From: an archaeon
Lineage (GTDB): Archaea; Nanobdellota; Nanobdellia; Woesearchaeales; GCA-2686295
DNA: 64,000 nucleotides
Direction: 5' to 3'
NCBI GenBank assembly: GCA_043822105.1
Contig: JBDRCD010000010.1
Span: 86,685-150,684, forward strand
Positions 18,727-29,585 of the stretch are shown here, piece by piece. The notes beneath the pieces are model-generated. The model did not search any database. It was given only the letters and a program-made list of their open reading frames with translations, and was not told the DNA's origin. Numbering within the stretch: the stretch's first letter is position 1; each line of letters opens with the position of its first letter. Made by a program: the position numbers and the translations under genes.

Positions 18727-19491
18727 ATGTATGAAGCAGAACTTGTGAAGGAAGCAGGTCTTACAGAAGGAGAATCTAAAGTTTACCTGGCATTGCTAGA
18801 AATAGGAACATCAACAACAGGGCCAATAATCGATAAATCAAAGATAGCAAGATCATTCGTATACAACATACTTGAAAAACTAATAGAGAAAGGCTTAGTA
18901 AGCTACGTTGTAAGAGAGAACACGAAATACTACGAGGCAGCGTCACCAAAGAGAATTTTGGATTATATAGAGAAAAAACGAAACAAACTCGAAGAAGACA
19001 AGCTAAAAGTTGAATCTTTGCTTCCTAAACTTTTCATGCTGAGAGAAAACGCACCTTCAACAGAAATTCACGTATTTGAAGGATATAGAGGATTGCAAAC
19101 AGCGTATTTACAATATCATCAAAGATTGAAAAAAGGAGATGAAATCGTCGCTTTTGGAATATATCCTGAGCAAGAAGATAAGTATCATGAATTTTGGAAA
19201 CGAGATCATGTGAAGAGAGATAAAGCTGGAATAAAGAACAGAATGCTCTTTAACAAAGGAACACCTAAAGAAACTCTAAAGAATAGAAATTCATACAAAT
19301 TTTGTGAAGCAAGATATATGAATTCAGATATTCAAACAGAAGCATGGTTCATGGTTTACAAAAATGTGACTTTAATTTCTCTACAAGATAAAAGTAAACC
19401 TATAATGATAGAAATAATAAACCAAAGCATAGCAAATACTTTCAAAGCTTACTTTGATGATTATTGGAAGAATAGTAAGAAATTTAGTTAA
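18727..19491 (+). CDS. TrmB-family transcriptional regulator
   Basis: GLTEGESKVYLALL...YNILEKLIEKGLVSY. Confidence 0.88.
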   Translation: MYEAELVKEAGLTEGESKVYLALLEIGTSTTGPIIDKSKIARSFVYNILEKLIEKGLVSYVVRENTKYYEAASPKRILDYIEKKRNKLEEDKLKVESLLPKLFMLRENAPSTEIHVFEGYRGLQTAYLQYHQRLKKGDEIVAFGIYPEQEDKYHEFWKRDHVKRDKAGIKNRMLFNKGTPKETLKNRNSYKFCEARYMNSDIQTEAWFMVYKNVTLISLQDKSKPIMIEIINQSIANTFKAYFDDYWKNSKKFS

Positions 19492-19927
19492 CTAAGTTTT
19501 CTTTTTCTATATCGCTAACATGTTTATTTGTAAGATATAATCCTGCTCCAGTTATAGCTAAAGTTTGATACAGTGGATCTGAGTCTCCTGTAAGTTGTGC
19601 GTAATAATAAAAGCCCGCGTTTACTCCTAAACAAACTGCGTTTGCAGCTACTCTTGCGCCTTTTGATTCTGAAATTAGATTTCCAATATATGTTGATAGT
19701 TTTATTACTGGACTATATGTGAAGTTTACGGCTAAAAAAAATGGTAGGTGTTTCACAGCAGTTTCAACTCCTGTTGTTACTCCTTCAATCACTTTTTCAT
19801 CTAATCCTGAGTCCGTTCCAAAAGCTGTTTCTATTCCTTTGACTATTCCTGTAACTATTGTGAAAGAGACTCCATACTTAACTCCGTGTTTTAAAATGTT
19901 GAGTGTTTTCTTGACTTTTTGACCCAT
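19484..19927 (-). CDS. Hypothetical membrane protein
   Basis: ORF track; several hydrophobic helices. Confidence 0.55.
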   Translation of the reverse strand: MGQKVKKTLNILKHGVKYGVSFTIVTGIVKGIETAFGTDSGLDEKVIEGVTTGVETAVKHLPFFLAVNFTYSPVIKLSTYIGNLISESKGARVAANAVCLGVNAGFYYYAQLTGDSDPLYQTLAITGAGLYLTNKHVSDIEKENLVN

Positions 19928-19990
19928 ATAGCTAGAATTATGCTTTTATCATATATAAATGTTTCTATTTTTACCACTTCATAGTGACAA

Positions 19991-20548
19991 TTAGACTTCT
20001 TTGTATCTGAAGCATGAAACTTCATGGTCATTGACCATTCCGACACCCTGCATCGCTGCATAAACAATTGTAGAACCAACAAACTTGAAACCTCTTTTCT
20101 TCATGTCTTTGCTTAACGCATCGGATTCTTTAGAAGTCGCAGGAACATCTTTCCAAGTCTTGAATTTATTTTTTATTGGCTTTCCACCTACAAAGCTCCA
20201 TAGATACTTGTCAAAGGATCCAAACTCTTTTTGAATTTCTAAAAAAGCTTTTGCGTTTCCAATGGCAGAATTTATTTTCAAACGATTTCTAATAATGCCT
20301 GTATTTTGCATCAATTCTTCAACTTTTTTATTATTATACTTGGCAATCTTTTCTGCATCAAAGTTATCAAATGCTTTTCTGTAATTCTCTCTTTTATTTA
20401 GAATTGTTTGCCAAGAAAGACCCGCTTGAGCACCATCTAGAATCAAAGCTTCAAATAATCTTGTATCATCATGCAGAGGCTTCCCCCATTCCTCATCATG
20501 GTATTTCTCCATCAGATTGTTGCCATGACACCAGGAGCATTTCTTCAT
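19991..20548 (-). CDS. tag: DNA-3-methyladenine glycosylase I
   Basis: YHDEEWG, QAGLSW, IIRNRLKI, GFKFVG and NDH...C. Confidence 0.95.
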   Translation of the reverse strand: MKKCSWCHGNNLMEKYHDEEWGKPLHDDTRLFEALILDGAQAGLSWQTILNKRENYRKAFDNFDAEKIAKYNNKKVEELMQNTGIIRNRLKINSAIGNAKAFLEIQKEFGSFDKYLWSFVGGKPIKNKFKTWKDVPATSKESDALSKDMKKRGFKFVGSTIVYAAMQGVGMVNDHEVSCFRYKEV

Positions 20549-20615
20549 GTAAAGAAGTTCTTATGATAATTATATAAAGTTTTTTATATTAATATTTTTT
20601 CACAAGTTTAGAAAG

Positions 20616-21971
20616 ATGATTAACATTTCAAAAAAAATAAAAAAATTCAATAGGAATCATTATATTTACATTTTTTTAATATTTTATTTCATACTTCTGA
20701 TATTTCTCATGAACTATTCCAAGCTTCTGGGATGGGATTCGGCAGTATACCTTGCAAATGCGAGATCACATATTTCTGATTCCAACTTTTCAGAGGATTT
20801 CAGGTTTCCTTTACTAGAACTTATGATTTCGGTTGTATGGTTGGTATTTGGAGAATCTGTTTTAATAATAAAATTGTTAATGATAATTTTTTCAACGCTT
20901 GCACTATTTGGCTTCTATCTTGTTTCAAAAGAATTCATGAAAACAGAGTTTGCTTTACTGGCAACCATATTTCTTTCTTTAACTTATGTATTTCTGTATT
21001 GGAGCCACAGGATATACACTGACATCCCTGCTCTTTGTATGGTATTGTTTGCGATATATTTTTCATTTAAGTATATCAATGGAAAAGTTTATTCAAAGAA
21101 AAAAATTAAATCTTTCGATAAATACATTTATTTTGTAGGAGTACTAACCGGACTAATTTTTCTTATAAGATACCCTTCAGTGCTTTTCATAATTCCAATA
21201 TTATTATTTTTGCTGAAAAAAGATTTGAAAGGACTTGCAAAACTTTCTTTGGCAGGAATGGTGGTTGTTCTTCCATGGTTTGTTTATAATTTTGTCAAAT
21301 ATGGTAATCCTCTGTGGAGTCTGATACAGCAGTTTCAGAGATTTTTAGAGTACACTTCTCCAGAGCCAATGTCTATTCTCATCCTATTTTTTATTTGGAA
21401 TGTATCATTTATTGGACTGCTATTCTTTTTTGGATACTCAAAGAAGAAAAACTACTGGATTGTATTCATGATACTTCTAATAAACAGCGCCTACTATCTT
21501 TTTTTAGTAAATTTAAAGCTAGAAAGGTATCTCTTGATGATAATGCCATTCTTCTTGATAATATGTTTTGTTGGAGCAGAGAACATATTTAAGAAGGTTA
21601 AAATGAAAAATTTTTTCCTCGCATCTTTGATTTTACTCATAATAATATTGTCAATTGTGTCTTTTTCAAAGACAATATTGCAGACACATCTTGAAAACAC
21701 ATCTCCACTAATTCCGGCGGTTGAATATGTTAAAAATATTCCTTCTGACAAAACAATAGTCTCAAACTATTTTCCATTGTTTGGATACTATGGAAATCAC
21801 AAAATAAGCAGTTTATGGTCAGATAACCTTCTTCACTTCACAGAATATGACTATTTTATTTATTTCTATGAGAGAGGAAAAAATAGTGATTTCTCAGTCT
21901 ATAACATAACCAAGATAGAAAGCTATGACGATGGCTATTACTTTCTAGATATATATGAGTTTGATAAGTAG
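20616..21971 (+). CDS. GT-C fold (ArnT/PMT-like) membrane glycosyltransferase
   Basis: WDSAVY, FRFPLL, YTDIP and ERYLL motifs; about 11 TM helices. Confidence 0.8.
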   Translation: MINISKKIKKFNRNHYIYIFLIFYFILLIFLMNYSKLLGWDSAVYLANARSHISDSNFSEDFRFPLLELMISVVWLVFGESVLIIKLLMIIFSTLALFGFYLVSKEFMKTEFALLATIFLSLTYVFLYWSHRIYTDIPALCMVLFAIYFSFKYINGKVYSKKKIKSFDKYIYFVGVLTGLIFLIRYPSVLFIIPILLFLLKKDLKGLAKLSLAGMVVVLPWFVYNFVKYGNPLWSLIQQFQRFLEYTSPEPMSILILFFIWNVSFIGLLFFFGYSKKKNYWIVFMILLINSAYYLFLVNLKLERYLLMIMPFFLIICFVGAENIFKKVKMKNFFLASLILLIIILSIVSFSKTILQTHLENTSPLIPAVEYVKNIPSDKTIVSNYFPLFGYYGNHKISSLWSDNLLHFTEYDYFIYFYERGKNSDFSVYNITKIESYDDGYYFLDIYEFDK

Positions 21972-22017
21972 GTTCAAAAGGTAATCTTTATAAACACCTA
22001 TTTTTTCCACAAAAACT

Positions 22018-22170
22018 ATGACAGAAGATAATAAAATGACCAATGAGTTTGGTTCAGTAACTTTCAAATGCCCAAGTTGTGGTAAGTATGATATTACTAG
22101 AACAAAGAACGAAAGACAGATAGTCAAGAAATACAAATGCCCTGGATGTGGCTTTGAAGGACCTAACTAA
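22018..22170 (+). CDS. Small Zn-ribbon protein (DUF1610/HVO_2753-like)
   Basis: Manual translation: ...FKCPSCG...YKCPGCGFEGPN; usual position upstream of EF-1beta. Confidence 0.85.
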   Translation: MTEDNKMTNEFGSVTFKCPSCGKYDITRTKNERQIVKKYKCPGCGFEGPN

Positions 22171-22172
22171 AA

Positions 22173-22451
22173 ATGGCAAATGCAATTGTTACAGTGAAGA
22201 TAATGCCAGTTTCTCCAGAAGTTGATTTGAAAGCTGTAGAAGTTATAGCTAAAGAAAAAATCGCGGCTTTTGCAGGAGAGGGTGAAACAAGAACAAGTAT
22301 TGAGCCAGTAGCATTTGGTTTAAATTCTCTAAGCATAACATTTGTTATGGATGAGAGTATAGGAAGCCCTGACATTGTAGCAGATCAAATAGCAGAACTT
22401 GAAGATGTTAACTCTGCAGAAATCTCAGATGTTAGACGAGCTGTCGGATAA
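22173..22451 (+). CDS. ef1b: Elongation factor 1-beta
   Basis: KIMPVSPEVDL and EPVAFGL. Confidence 0.95.
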   Translation: MANAIVTVKIMPVSPEVDLKAVEVIAKEKIAAFAGEGETRTSIEPVAFGLNSLSITFVMDESIGSPDIVADQIAELEDVNSAEISDVRRAVG

Positions 22452-23463
22452 GTACTAATAATTCTTCTTTTTCTATATTACTTCTAATTCCGAAACCAGA
22501 AAAGTGAGTTCTAGAGACAGAAAAACCTCTATTGGTTATTTTTTTCATTAAAACATCGTATTTAGGAACTGTTTTTTTAATATCTTCACATATTTGATGA
22601 ATATCATAAAAACCTATAGTATCAAGTTCTTCACTTAATATTGTGAGTAGTTTTTTAGCTTCACCATCTGAGTTTTTCAGCATTTTTTTAACAAGCTTTT
22701 TGTCATGTAGAAAACCAGTCCACATAGGACCTGCAGTGTGAAAGAACTCGTGTTTTTTTAACACTTCGTCGACCTTTGTCTTTCCTTTTTCGCATCTGAA
22801 GAAAACTCTGAAGTAATGCTCTTTACTATAGGATAATATAGGTACTAGCGCCTTTTCATACTGCGCAGCAACCAGCTGCACTTTTCTGATAAGTATTCTA
22901 ATGCCAACTTCATGCTTTAGTTCGTTTCTTAGAGGTTTGGCCCAGTATTTTCGTCTGCAGGCATTCTCGAATGTTCCTGACAATGCAGATGTATCGGTTG
23001 CAGTGACAGCTAAAATACCATTTCTGGAAAGTCTGGTAATTGCAGAATCGAGGAAAGGGTTGGGAGAGCCGAAAGGGTCTATGTCGATGTAATCAAAGCC
23101 TGAATTGTTCAGTATGAACAAATTAGCGTCATCATTTGAAAGAATGATGTCTGTTGAAGGAAGTTTGTTTAATTTGAAGTTCTCTCTTATAGTATTGTAA
23201 AAATCCTCTTTGTAGTCGTTGATGTACAATGTTTTTATCTTATTGTTTTTAAGTTCCAATAGAAATCTCAGACCTCTGATGCCAGAACCTGCGAGCGGAA
23301 GAGCAATCTGCAAATCTTTGTCGCTGACAGAGTTCAGCAAAAGAACACTGATGTCTCTATTCAGTTTCATAACAGGGTTGTAAAAAACAGGCAGTTTTTT
23401 GGAAATCTTCTTTTCACTAGCTACTTTAATAATTGCTTTTCCTTCTCCAACTATTTGTTCCAT
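22432..23463 (-). CDS. trm1: tRNA (guanine26-N2)-dimethyltransferase
   Basis: VFYNPVMKLNRD, GSGIRGLR, DIDPFGSP and VTATD. Confidence 0.95.
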   Translation of the reverse strand: MEQIVGEGKAIIKVASEKKISKKLPVFYNPVMKLNRDISVLLLNSVSDKDLQIALPLAGSGIRGLRFLLELKNNKIKTLYINDYKEDFYNTIRENFKLNKLPSTDIILSNDDANLFILNNSGFDYIDIDPFGSPNPFLDSAITRLSRNGILAVTATDTSALSGTFENACRRKYWAKPLRNELKHEVGIRILIRKVQLVAAQYEKALVPILSYSKEHYFRVFFRCEKGKTKVDEVLKKHEFFHTAGPMWTGFLHDKKLVKKMLKNSDGEAKKLLTILSEELDTIGFYDIHQICEDIKKTVPKYDVLMKKITNRGFSVSRTHFSGFGIRSNIEKEELLVLIRQLV

Positions 23464-23527
23464 AAAGAAAAGAAAACAATATAGGTTTATTTAGGTTTAG
23501 TAAAATAAACAGAAAAAAGAATTAAAA

Positions 23528-26500
23528 TTATTTGACCCAGGCAGTTGCTATTATTTCTCCGTCGTCGTTATTAGCCGTACAAGTGGTTTGGAAAAGAATA
23601 ACATTATCTTCGCCACTATGCTTTCCTTCAAGTCTCCATGTTGAAGCAAGGCCTTCCATATCTCTGGCATCTGTGTTTGACCATGGTCTGTCATTGTTGA
23701 CACATGTTGCATGCTCAATCCAGTCATTGTTTTCAAGATAATAACTTGTCTGACCTTTCCATAGAGCAATTCTTGGACACTGCACAATTGAAGTTGACCT
23801 TTCGAATTCAACTCTTACCTGTGTGAAAGGCACAGAAGTTTCTATAACTTTGAACAAATCACCATAGGTGTTGCAAGGTTTTCCTGGAATGTTGTTTGTC
23901 ACAAATTCATCATTGCTGTTGAAGTCAACAATTGCTGTGTCTGCAACATCTGTATTCAACCTTGTCCAGCCACCATCCTCCATGTTACAGTAGACTTCAA
24001 CTGGATTATTTTCATCTCCATAAGGATATATTATGTGAGGATTGTTGGTACTAAACTCATCTCTTTGCAGTATGTCTAAACATGATTCAGGAAGAGCTGG
24101 ACACTCCCATATTATACATCCATCATCACCTACGCCTGCGTTGTAATGATCAAATCCTCCTGGACATTCTCCAGGTGGTGGTGCATTTTGGCATTCTGGT
24201 TCTACGCAAGTAATATTACAGGTCGTATCATCCATCGTGCATCCGTTAGTACATTCCGAAGGGCAATCATATTCTAAAGGACATGTTGGCCCTACGCTTA
24301 AGCATGACCATATTGTGCATCCGTCATTATCGGTTCCGGTGTTTATAGGGTCTTTTCCGTCAGGGCATGGTCCAGGATGGTTCTCGCATGACGGTTCTAT
24401 GCATTGTCCTGTTGTGCATCCGTTTTCATCGAAAGTGCAACCGAGAGAACAATCTAAAGGACACTCGACGTCTGGGCATTGTGGTCTTTCAAGACATGCT
24501 CCATCTTCGCAACCGAATTCGCATTCATAGAAATTTGTTTCCAAATTTGTTCCTTCACAATAATACTCTACTAAGTTCCAAGGAGTTTCCCATTTAGGGC
24601 TAGGATCCTTGATGCAATAATCCTCCAATGAGGCAAGGTTTATCCTTTTAAAGAAACCACTTGTTATTCCCTTGTTATAATAGTCTTCTCCATCATCGGT
24701 TTCTTCGCATCTGAGTTCACAGTCTTCAGGACATAAAACAACGCTTTCATCTACATTGCAAAGTCCATCTCCGCAAGTTGAATTTTCAGTGCAAGCTCCA
24801 TCAACACAGTTACAGTAAACATTGTCATAATCTGTGTAGTCATATGGATCACACCTAATTACTTCCTTTAATAAACCAGACTGTGATACGATGTTTCCGT
24901 CATGTAAGTTGTTAAGACAAAAATCTTCTCTGTTTCCATAGGCTCCTTTCTCAAAGTAGTTTCTACCGCCATCTGAGTCATGACAAACTGGTGCTTCTAT
25001 ACACGCTCCTTTATCACATCCGAGTTCACATTCAACATATTCAACGTTAATTCCTCCTCCATTTTCACAAGATCCTTCAGCAAGAACGTTTTCTATGTCT
25101 CTTCCTATAACTATATTTGCAGAGGCATGTAATTCTGGAATCTGAGTTACAGATACATCTTCTATGTATACTTCCAACTTTCCAATTGTTTTTGTTTCTC
25201 CTTGTTCTAATTCTTTTGCAATTCCATTTATAGAAAGAATAATTGTTTCTGCATTAAAGTTTGCACCTACTATATCTATTTCGTAAGTACTTCCTCCAAA
25301 ATCAATATCTATTGGATTATTTATTTCTACAAATAGGCTGTTTTCAATTGCACGAGTGCCATCTTCACAAGCGTCAAAGAATAGTTGACATGAAGCTTTG
25401 TTTCCAGACAATGGGCAAGATTTGGTTGAACCAGATTTAAAGTAGTTTTTTTCACCATCAGTGTCTTTGCATGTTAATTCTACAGTTTCTACAACATCAA
25501 AGTAGATTGTCTCTTTCCACTGGTTGCCATTTCCGTTTGTTATGTTCCAGCACTTGCTGTACATCTGTGAACAGTAAACATCTAATTCGACATAGTAATT
25601 TCCAGGTTCTAATGGTGCAGGGAATTTTATATCCCATTGTTTAGTTTGATAGTTATACCCTGCATTGTAGTATCCTTCCTGGATGACGTAATATTCCCAT
25701 ATTCTGTTGTCATTTCCTACTTCGTAGATTTCAAACTGAACATGCCATCCTTCATTTCTCTCTGCAACAGTTCCGTCAACTTCAAGTGTTTCAGCAACTA
25801 TGCTGATATTTTCATTAGGCATAAGAATGTCTTTGTTTATTGAGTAATCACTTATTTTTTGATGATAGCAAGCACCCCACAGGCATCCAAATTCACATTC
25901 ATATTCTTCTTTTGTGGCAATGGTTTTAGCATTATCAGGTGGAATAAGGTGGCAAAAAGCTTCAGATACTCCACAATCATTACCTCTGCATTCGGTATGT
26001 GAAGCTATATAGTCCCATCCTACAAAAACTCCACCTTCGTATCTTTTCTCTGCACATTGATCAAATGCTCTACCTATTTCTTCACTGTCATCATATTTAT
26101 ATCCTTCTGCAACGCTTCTTGCATATAAGTTGAGACCTCCATCTAAATCTATACAGTCTCCTTCATTGTAAACAGTCAAAGATTCTGTGTAATCATTGTT
26201 GCCTTCATTTCCTTCTTGAACGTAATTATCAGGATTGACCTCAAAGATGATTTCTTTTTCCCCGGCTGTTTGAAGCAATGCTGGATATTGTTCGCTAGTG
26301 AAGCGATAGTTTCTTTCTTCTCCAACTTCAATGACAAGAGGATATCCTTCACTTGTCTTAGCTGAAGGTCCAATAGATCCAACAAATCCATCATTGTTTG
26401 TTGCTCGGATTACAACTGTATCGCTGTTGAAATAGACATCTTGATTACCAACGTTTTTAATGTTTACTTGATAAGTTACATAATTGTTTCCTACTCTGGC

Positions 26501-28810
26501 TTTGTCGAAATATTCTGATGCACCTGTATTTTCATTCTTTCTTTCTGACCCCGTATAGTACACTTCAGTAATCAACAGGTCCGGACCATCAGACAAACAC
26601 TCTTCATACATATGGTTATGGTCTCCGAAGTAGCTCCACACTCTTCTTTGTGTTCCATCGTAGTTTGTTTTCCAGTCAACGTCATCTACACCAGTTGTGT
26701 ACCAGTCAGACCATGCTCCTGAATACCACTGTATCTTGTATCTCTTGATTTCAGGGTGTGCTGAAGTGTCAAGACCAAGGTTCTGCCAATACTTATCATT
26801 GGTAGGGTCTCTTTCTATTATTGAACATCCGGATTCAAGAACGCAGGCACCCTCATCGCATCCATTTGGACAGGTGTAAGTAGTGCTTTCCATACTTGTT
26901 CCTTCACAATACAATTCTGTTAGTAGATTTCCGTTGCATGAATCAGAAGTTCCTCCGCATCCACCGCCTTGATTATTGTAAGTACAAGTACTTGTGTAAC
27001 CTTTTACATCATAGTCTATTCCACCATCTGAGTCTTCACAAATGGTTCCGCCACAGTCTTGTGGACAGCTAATTGTTTCTCCACCATAATATATGCTTGC
27101 AGAAGCACTGAACCCTCCTCTATTTGAGGTGAATATATAATCAACATAGATTTCAAGGCCGCCAACAATCTTTGCTTCTCCTGACTTGAAAGTCGCTTCA
27201 TCCTCTCCTACAATCAAGGTTATCTCAGTTTCTTCAGCATTTGCTGCAGCAAAGAATATTTCGTAGGATTCTTCTCGAAACTTTACTGGTTGGGTATAAT
27301 TGAACCATATGTCTATTTCTTCACCTAATTGACAAACACCATTGCCACACACTAAAGGTATTATACATTCTCCTCCCTCGCATCCATGTTCGCAGTAAAT
27401 AATTTTAGGTTTCGCACGGTTGTTTTCACAGACGTATTCTATTAGATTATCACCTTTAAACGCGCCACTATATCTAGAAATATTATCACAATCAGATCCT
27501 GAGCAGCAAGTATCTGAGTATTGGCCGAAACCCCACCTTTGATCGCCTATTTGTGCTTCTTCACTTACGTACTGTCTTTCATAGTAATCTTCACCGAATC
27601 TATCTTCACATGTTATATCCCCTGGTTGAGTAATACCTATGTCTCTAGAAATGTTTGTCTGAATCACTTCTCCGGTTTCTGTAACTCCTACTGCAATAAC
27701 CATTACATCATACGTGTCTGTTGGTGTATCCAGTGGGATTTCTAATTCTGGTTTTGAAGTTGGTTGATAGTAGTAATTCTCTCTTGGAGATGGTTCAAAA
27801 ACGTCAATTAGCTCTTCAGTCTCCAGACTTAAGGTTGGTATGTACATGCCAATGGTTATATTGTAGATATTTTCATCCATAAAGTTACGTAAATGAACAT
27901 CAGAATATACTCTATTCTTTTCTTCTTCTAAAACAACAACCCAAGGATGTATATATGCATTCATATCCAACTTTGGACAGTCTTTGATGCAGGAATCAGA
28001 ATTTTCTCCTTCTTCACACCAGCCATTTCCGCAAAATGCAGGTTCTGGAGGTAAAGTTGACACACAATTAATTGTTTCATTATCACAGTAGTGGAATTCT
28101 GGACATTCAAGTACTTCTATCTCGTTGCTGTAGTCATCACAGTATATTATCTTATTATCTGCACAGAAATTTGTACCTGGTTCACATACTGTTGGTTCAT
28201 CATATATAACGTCGAAGCTCTGTATCATCCAGTAGCCACAGTCATCCTCTCCTACACAACCGCATTTCCACTGATCATCGTGTTTTTTACAGCTGTATGA
28301 AAGGACATAGTGCTCTCCAGCACCGAGTTCTTCTCCAAGCTCCCGAAGTTCTTCTCCTTCCCAATCTAAGATTGTGAATTCTCCATAGTCTTTTAACCAG
28401 TTTGTTCCGGAAATTCGTTCTCCATCAAATCCGATAGATTCCCATTGTCCCCACTCAGGAAAATAAATATAACCAATTTCATATATTACTCCGCCTTCAT
28501 GATCAACAACTATCTCAAGATCATATAAATCATCAGGGTCTATGTTTTGAACGTCAATTGTTTCAGGTTTAAATGTGAATATCATCTCATTATCGTTAAA
28601 GACATCCCATGGTGGTGCATAGCTCTGTGGTATGGCATCGCCTGGATAGAACGCCAGCCCGCCTACATTTGTGTCAGTCTTTACAGGCTGAACAGGGTTT
28701 AAAGGAACATCTGAACCTGATGAAAGGAACATTGAACCAATTGCGATGATCACTACTACCAAACCAAACAATAGAATTTGTTTATCTTCTTTTTTATTCA
28801 CACTCAACAC
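23528..28810 (-). CDS. Giant (1760 aa) membrane-anchored Cys-rich surface protein
   Basis: N-terminal TM; repeated CxDxDGG...Y..KG and CxxGCxxGAC units; CGNGxC units; CARDB/Ig-like segment; fibrinogen-like VYCNMEDGGWT near the C-terminus. Confidence 0.85.
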   Translation of the reverse strand: MLSVNKKEDKQILLFGLVVVIIAIGSMFLSSGSDVPLNPVQPVKTDTNVGGLAFYPGDAIPQSYAPPWDVFNDNEMIFTFKPETIDVQNIDPDDLYDLEIVVDHEGGVIYEIGYIYFPEWGQWESIGFDGERISGTNWLKDYGEFTILDWEGEELRELGEELGAGEHYVLSYSCKKHDDQWKCGCVGEDDCGYWMIQSFDVIYDEPTVCEPGTNFCADNKIIYCDDYSNEIEVLECPEFHYCDNETINCVSTLPPEPAFCGNGWCEEGENSDSCIKDCPKLDMNAYIHPWVVVLEEEKNRVYSDVHLRNFMDENIYNITIGMYIPTLSLETEELIDVFEPSPRENYYYQPTSKPELEIPLDTPTDTYDVMVIAVGVTETGEVIQTNISRDIGITQPGDITCEDRFGEDYYERQYVSEEAQIGDQRWGFGQYSDTCCSGSDCDNISRYSGAFKGDNLIEYVCENNRAKPKIIYCEHGCEGGECIIPLVCGNGVCQLGEEIDIWFNYTQPVKFREESYEIFFAAANAEETEITLIVGEDEATFKSGEAKIVGGLEIYVDYIFTSNRGGFSASASIYYGGETISCPQDCGGTICEDSDGGIDYDVKGYTSTCTYNNQGGGCGGTSDSCNGNLLTELYCEGTSMESTTYTCPNGCDEGACVLESGCSIIERDPTNDKYWQNLGLDTSAHPEIKRYKIQWYSGAWSDWYTTGVDDVDWKTNYDGTQRRVWSYFGDHNHMYEECLSDGPDLLITEVYYTGSERKNENTGASEYFDKARVGNNYVTYQVNIKNVGNQDVYFNSDTVVIRATNNDGFVGSIGPSAKTSEGYPLVIEVGEERNYRFTSEQYPALLQTAGEKEIIFEVNPDNYVQEGNEGNNDYTESLTVYNEGDCIDLDGGLNLYARSVAEGYKYDDSEEIGRAFDQCAEKRYEGGVFVGWDYIASHTECRGNDCGVSEAFCHLIPPDNAKTIATKEEYECEFGCLWGACYHQKISDYSINKDILMPNENISIVAETLEVDGTVAERNEGWHVQFEIYEVGNDNRIWEYYVIQEGYYNAGYNYQTKQWDIKFPAPLEPGNYYVELDVYCSQMYSKCWNITNGNGNQWKETIYFDVVETVELTCKDTDGEKNYFKSGSTKSCPLSGNKASCQLFFDACEDGTRAIENSLFVEINNPIDIDFGGSTYEIDIVGANFNAETIILSINGIAKELEQGETKTIGKLEVYIEDVSVTQIPELHASANIVIGRDIENVLAEGSCENGGGINVEYVECELGCDKGACIEAPVCHDSDGGRNYFEKGAYGNREDFCLNNLHDGNIVSQSGLLKEVIRCDPYDYTDYDNVYCNCVDGACTENSTCGDGLCNVDESVVLCPEDCELRCEETDDGEDYYNKGITSGFFKRINLASLEDYCIKDPSPKWETPWNLVEYYCEGTNLETNFYECEFGCEDGACLERPQCPDVECPLDCSLGCTFDENGCTTGQCIEPSCENHPGPCPDGKDPINTGTDNDGCTIWSCLSVGPTCPLEYDCPSECTNGCTMDDTTCNITCVEPECQNAPPPGECPGGFDHYNAGVGDDGCIIWECPALPESCLDILQRDEFSTNNPHIIYPYGDENNPVEVYCNMEDGGWTRLNTDVADTAIVDFNSNDEFVTNNIPGKPCNTYGDLFKVIETSVPFTQVRVEFERSTSIVQCPRIALWKGQTSYYLENNDWIEHATCVNNDRPWSNTDARDMEGLASTWRLEGKHSGEDNVILFQTTCTANNDDGEIIATAWVK

Positions 28811-28924
28811 CTCACGAGAGCTATAGCTTTATTTCTGGATATATTACTATATAAATATTACGAAGTAAGATTTTTGCTCAAAAATCTATTTTTTTGATTT
28901 TTGTTGTATAAAGTTTACCAAAAT

Positions 28925-29506
28925 CTAGAACAATTTATTCACTATCTGTACATCATATCCATTTTTAAGCAACTGAACTTTTATTTTGTCGTCTTCAAAA
29001 CCCTGTGATCTACATTCTCTGATGTATTCTCTCACAGGTTCAAGTCCGTCGTAGATTATATCGTCTGAAAATCCTTTTTTCTCTGTAGTCTGAGTAACAA
29101 CTGGTTTTTGTTCATTTTTTTTCATAAGATAAATTATTAGGAAGACGATTACTCCTATAAGTAAGATATCAAGTATAAATAAAAAAACCGTCCAACCACT
29201 TGTCTTTGTTGGGCATTCTAAATTTGGTTCTTTTGGCTCTTCTTGATTTGCTGCTAAACCTCCAACGTTTGGTGGTGGAGGAATATCAGGTATATCTGAA
29301 TTTGTATTATCATCTCCTTTATCGTCTCCAAAGTCAAAGCTTGGAGGTGGTGGTAAATCATCACTATTATAACTTCCTCCGCCGCTACCACTTCCACTTG
29401 AACTGTCATCCCCAAAATCAGGCGTTGGTGGCGGTGCTGGAACTTCAGCCATAATCATAGGTAATAATAGAATCAAAATAACAAGTGAGACAATTATTCT
29501 CTTCAT
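28925..29506 (-). CDS. Pro-rich exported single-pass membrane protein
   Basis: Signal peptide, three PPPP repeats, a TM helix, C-terminal YIRECRSQGF...LLKNGY. Confidence 0.7.
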   Translation of the reverse strand: MKRIIVSLVILILLLPMIMAEVPAPPPTPDFGDDSSSGSGSGGGSYNSDDLPPPPSFDFGDDKGDDNTNSDIPDIPPPPNVGGLAANQEEPKEPNLECPTKTSGWTVFLFILDILLIGVIVFLIIYLMKKNEQKPVVTQTTEKKGFSDDIIYDGLEPVREYIRECRSQGFEDDKIKVQLLKNGYDVQIVNKLF

Positions 29507-29585
29507 GTTTCATTTCTAGTAATCGTTTTATTTAAATATTTCCATGTCAATAATGTTTATAAAGGGTTAATTATTACTTTATTAC

